NCBI GenBank assembly: GCA_035547315.1 | Contig: DASZVH010000004.1 | Location: 12,107 to 76,106, forward strand | Reading direction: 5' to 3' | Length of the DNA: 64,000 nt | Source: Minisyncoccota bacterium | GTDB lineage: Bacteria; Patescibacteriota; Minisyncoccia; Phycocordibacterales; Phycocordibacteraceae | In this document: positions 62,072 to 64,000 of the stretch, one piece after another | Layout of the letters: each line of letters opens with the position of its first letter | Numbering within the stretch: position 1 is the stretch's first letter | Position numbers and translations under genes: made by a program | Notes under the pieces: model-generated | Told to the model about the DNA's origin: nothing | Databases searched by the model: none | The model's input: only the letters and a program-made list of their open reading frames with translations

Positions 62072-62240
62072 GGAATATCGGCGCGGGCATCGCGATCGGG
62101 GTAGCGATAGGCGTCGCACTCGACGCCGGCGTGGCAAGGCGCCAGTAGCCGTTCTGAGCAAGGCTTAGCCTTGCTCAGGAAGAGGTCGGAGAAGATGCCG
62201 GGAATCGGCGGTGAAGGGGAGGCGGCGCTATACTGATGGC

Positions 62241-63308
62241 ATGCAATTCCTCGCTTCGCTTTTTGCCGGCATCGCGGCGCTTGTCGGTTCTTGGTTCTCT
62301 CGCCCGGCGCCGCAGGCGCCCGTCGCGGTGCCGGCACCGCAAGAAGCGCCGGCGAGCACGAGCACGGAAGCGGGCGCGAAGACGAACGCACCGGGGAGCG
62401 CGGCGCCCGCAGCGGGCGCCGCGTCCTCGACCCCGGCACCGGCAGCCGACGCGCTCCCCGCGGGCTCCGCCTGGCTCTCCGCGCTGCCGCTCGGGGATTA
62501 TCAGTATTCGACGAGCGGCCCCGCGGCGGGGAAGGTCTATCTCTGCCACATCGCTACCGGCGGCGGCGGCGCAAAGGGCAGCGCGAGCTGGATCTCGGGC
62601 GAGGAGTGGTACCCCGCCGAGAAAGTCGCGGTCGAGGGCGCGGCCTCCTGGCCGGACGCCTCCTACCATATGAGCATCTCCGGCTCGACCCGCACGATCA
62701 CGAGCAACGGCGAGCCGACCGACCATGCGACCGGCATCTTCCCGATACGGAAGTCCGACCCCGCGTACCAATTCGACGCGAACCCGAACACGATCACGCC
62801 GCAGAGCTACGACTTCTCCTTCCCGGCATACCCCTCCTTCGCCAGTTCGCCGCAGTGCATCTTCGGGGAGGTCGGCATCATGAACGACGGCGTGCCGCTC
62901 TTCGACGGCTTCGACGCCGAGTATCGCGACGCGCTCGCGCACGAGACCCAGGACGCATGGGAGGGGCACCCGGACGAGAGCGGCGTCTACCACAATCACG
63001 GCTTCGAGGCCGGGCCGGTCAAGGAGCCGGTCTCCACCGTGGTCGGCTTCGCCTTCGACGGGTTCCCCATCACGGGCTCGCTCCTCCCGAGCGGCGCATA
63101 CCTCCACACCGCCGACCTCGACGAGTGCCACGGCCTCACCTCGACCATCACCCTCGACGGCAAAGAGGTTACGACCTACCACTACGTGCTCACGCAGGAT
63201 TTCCCCTACTCCGTCTCCTGCTTCCGCGGCGCTTCCCATGAGCCCAAGCCGGGAGGCGGGCAAGAGGGCGCGCAGCAGCGCCCCGGGCAGCCCCCGCCGC
63301 CGCGGTAG
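62241..63308 (+). CDS. secreted YHYH-domain protein
   Basis: Signal/anchor MQFLASLFAGIAALVG, an Ala/Pro-rich linker and a C-terminal ...TTYHYVLTQDFPYSVSCFRG (YHYH motif). A TATACT hexamer lies 6 nt upstream of the ATG. Confidence 0.55.
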   Translation: MQFLASLFAGIAALVGSWFSRPAPQAPVAVPAPQEAPASTSTEAGAKTNAPGSAAPAAGAASSTPAPAADALPAGSAWLSALPLGDYQYSTSGPAAGKVYLCHIATGGGGAKGSASWISGEEWYPAEKVAVEGAASWPDASYHMSISGSTRTITSNGEPTDHATGIFPIRKSDPAYQFDANPNTITPQSYDFSFPAYPSFASSPQCIFGEVGIMNDGVPLFDGFDAEYRDALAHETQDAWEGHPDESGVYHNHGFEAGPVKEPVSTVVGFAFDGFPITGSLLPSGAYLHTADLDECHGLTSTITLDGKEVTTYHYVLTQDFPYSVSCFRGASHEPKPGGGQEGAQQRPGQPPPPR

Positions 63309-63359
63309 GGCCGGAGCCGTTTTGCTATACTGGGCGGGCTTATCGATAACTACACGCCT

Positions 63360-63695
63360 ATGCAGAAGTTCATGGTGCTCTATCTCGCCCCGGCGGCCGG
63401 AATGGCCGAGTGGATGCAGAAGCCGGAAACGGAGCGCAAAGAAGAGGAGCGGAAGATGAAAGCCGAGTGGGACTCCTGGATGGCCGCGCACGCGGCGATG
63501 ATCAAGGAGACCAGCGCGGCGGGTAAGACCACGCGCATCACCAAGCAAGGAGTGACGGACGCCGCCAACGACCTCATGCTCTACTCGATCGTCGAGGGCG
63601 ACTCGGCCGAGAGCATCGCCGAGCTCTTCAAGAGCCACCCGCACTTCGGCATCCCGGGTGCCTCCATCGAGGTGATGCCGGTGCGCCCGATGTAG
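63360..63695 (+). CDS. hypothetical protein
   Basis: 111 aa. A TATACT hexamer lies 27 nt upstream. Confidence 0.35.
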   Translation: MQKFMVLYLAPAAGMAEWMQKPETERKEEERKMKAEWDSWMAAHAAMIKETSAAGKTTRITKQGVTDAANDLMLYSIVEGDSAESIAELFKSHPHFGIPGASIEVMPVRPM

Positions 63696-63737
63696 CCACG
63701 CGGCTCGCGCGGCCCTTATCGATCTCACTCATTACCT

Positions 63738-63986
63738 ATGGCAGGTTTCGACTTCAACAAAGTGCCCAAGCTCATGGTCGACAGCGCGTCGATCAACTAC
63801 ACGCCGCAGCATTTCCTGCTCGCCTTCAGCTCCGGGCCGGCCGCGAGCGCGTATGTCCTCCCGCCGCCCTTGATGAAGGCGATGCTCGCCGCTTGGAGCG
63901 AGAAGGTCGCCGACTACGAGCGCCAGCACGGCCCGATCGACACCCGCGGCGCCGAGACCGGCATCCAGAGCCCGCTGCAGATGTAG
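63738..63986 (+). CDS. hypothetical small protein
   Basis: 82 aa (ASINYTPQHFLLAFS...). Possibly a DUF3467-like fold. Confidence 0.3.
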   Translation: MAGFDFNKVPKLMVDSASINYTPQHFLLAFSSGPAASAYVLPPPLMKAMLAAWSEKVADYERQHGPIDTRGAETGIQSPLQM

Positions 63987-64000
63987 CCGCGGCTCAGGCC

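Noticed and set aside
62175-63728. 517 aa minus-strand ORF
   Set aside because: Antisense to the YHYH-domain gene and the 63360 gene. Its sequence is Arg/Gly-rich and low-complexity.

Overview
Most of this 64 kb window is a high-GC (~65-68%), gene-dense bacterial chromosome segment. Lower-GC patches interrupt it at 711-1130, 2020-2400, 6660-6960, 32457-37650, 39440-41100 and 49920-58130. The streamlined gene content suggests a reduced-genome bacterium, possibly CPR/Patescibacteria-like; this is inference only. Core genes on the high-GC backbone are rnj, secG, groES/groEL, ligA-gatC-gatA, nrdAB, hisS, a truncated prfB, ftsEX, pyrG and ABC transporters. The largest block is a type IV pilus/competence locus (pilM-N-O, pilB, receiver domain, pilT, pilC, two major pilins, pilD, four minor pilins) with a divergent comFC. 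There are seven tRNAs: Ser-GCT, an initiator-like Met-CAT, Met/Ile-CAT, Asp-GTC, Thr-GGT, Thr-CGT and Gln-CTG. No rRNA and no CRISPR array are present. Four regions merit follow-up. (1) An ~8 kb low-GC island sits immediately 3' of tRNA-Gln. It carries a DUF262 (DGQQR) protein paired with an HEPN-like protein, a large serine recombinase, a putative restriction enzyme with an N6-adenine methyltransferase and an HTH protein, phage-like genes and repeat motifs. (2) A low-GC cassette encodes a PaaK-like adenylating enzyme, a SagB/nitroreductase-like protein, an E1/ThiF-like protein with a degenerate P-loop and a sensor kinase. It resembles a TOMM/RiPP-type modification cassette but has no YcaO and no precursor peptide. 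(3) A flavinylation/transmembrane electron-transfer module: a secreted FMN-binding protein, ApbE, and an NqrB-like-FNR fusion. (4) TATACT/TATAGT hexamers recur 6-30 nt upstream of start codons with almost no Shine-Dalgarno sequences, suggesting leaderless transcripts. Many long ORFs in the six-frame track are antisense artefacts of the high GC content and were not annotated.
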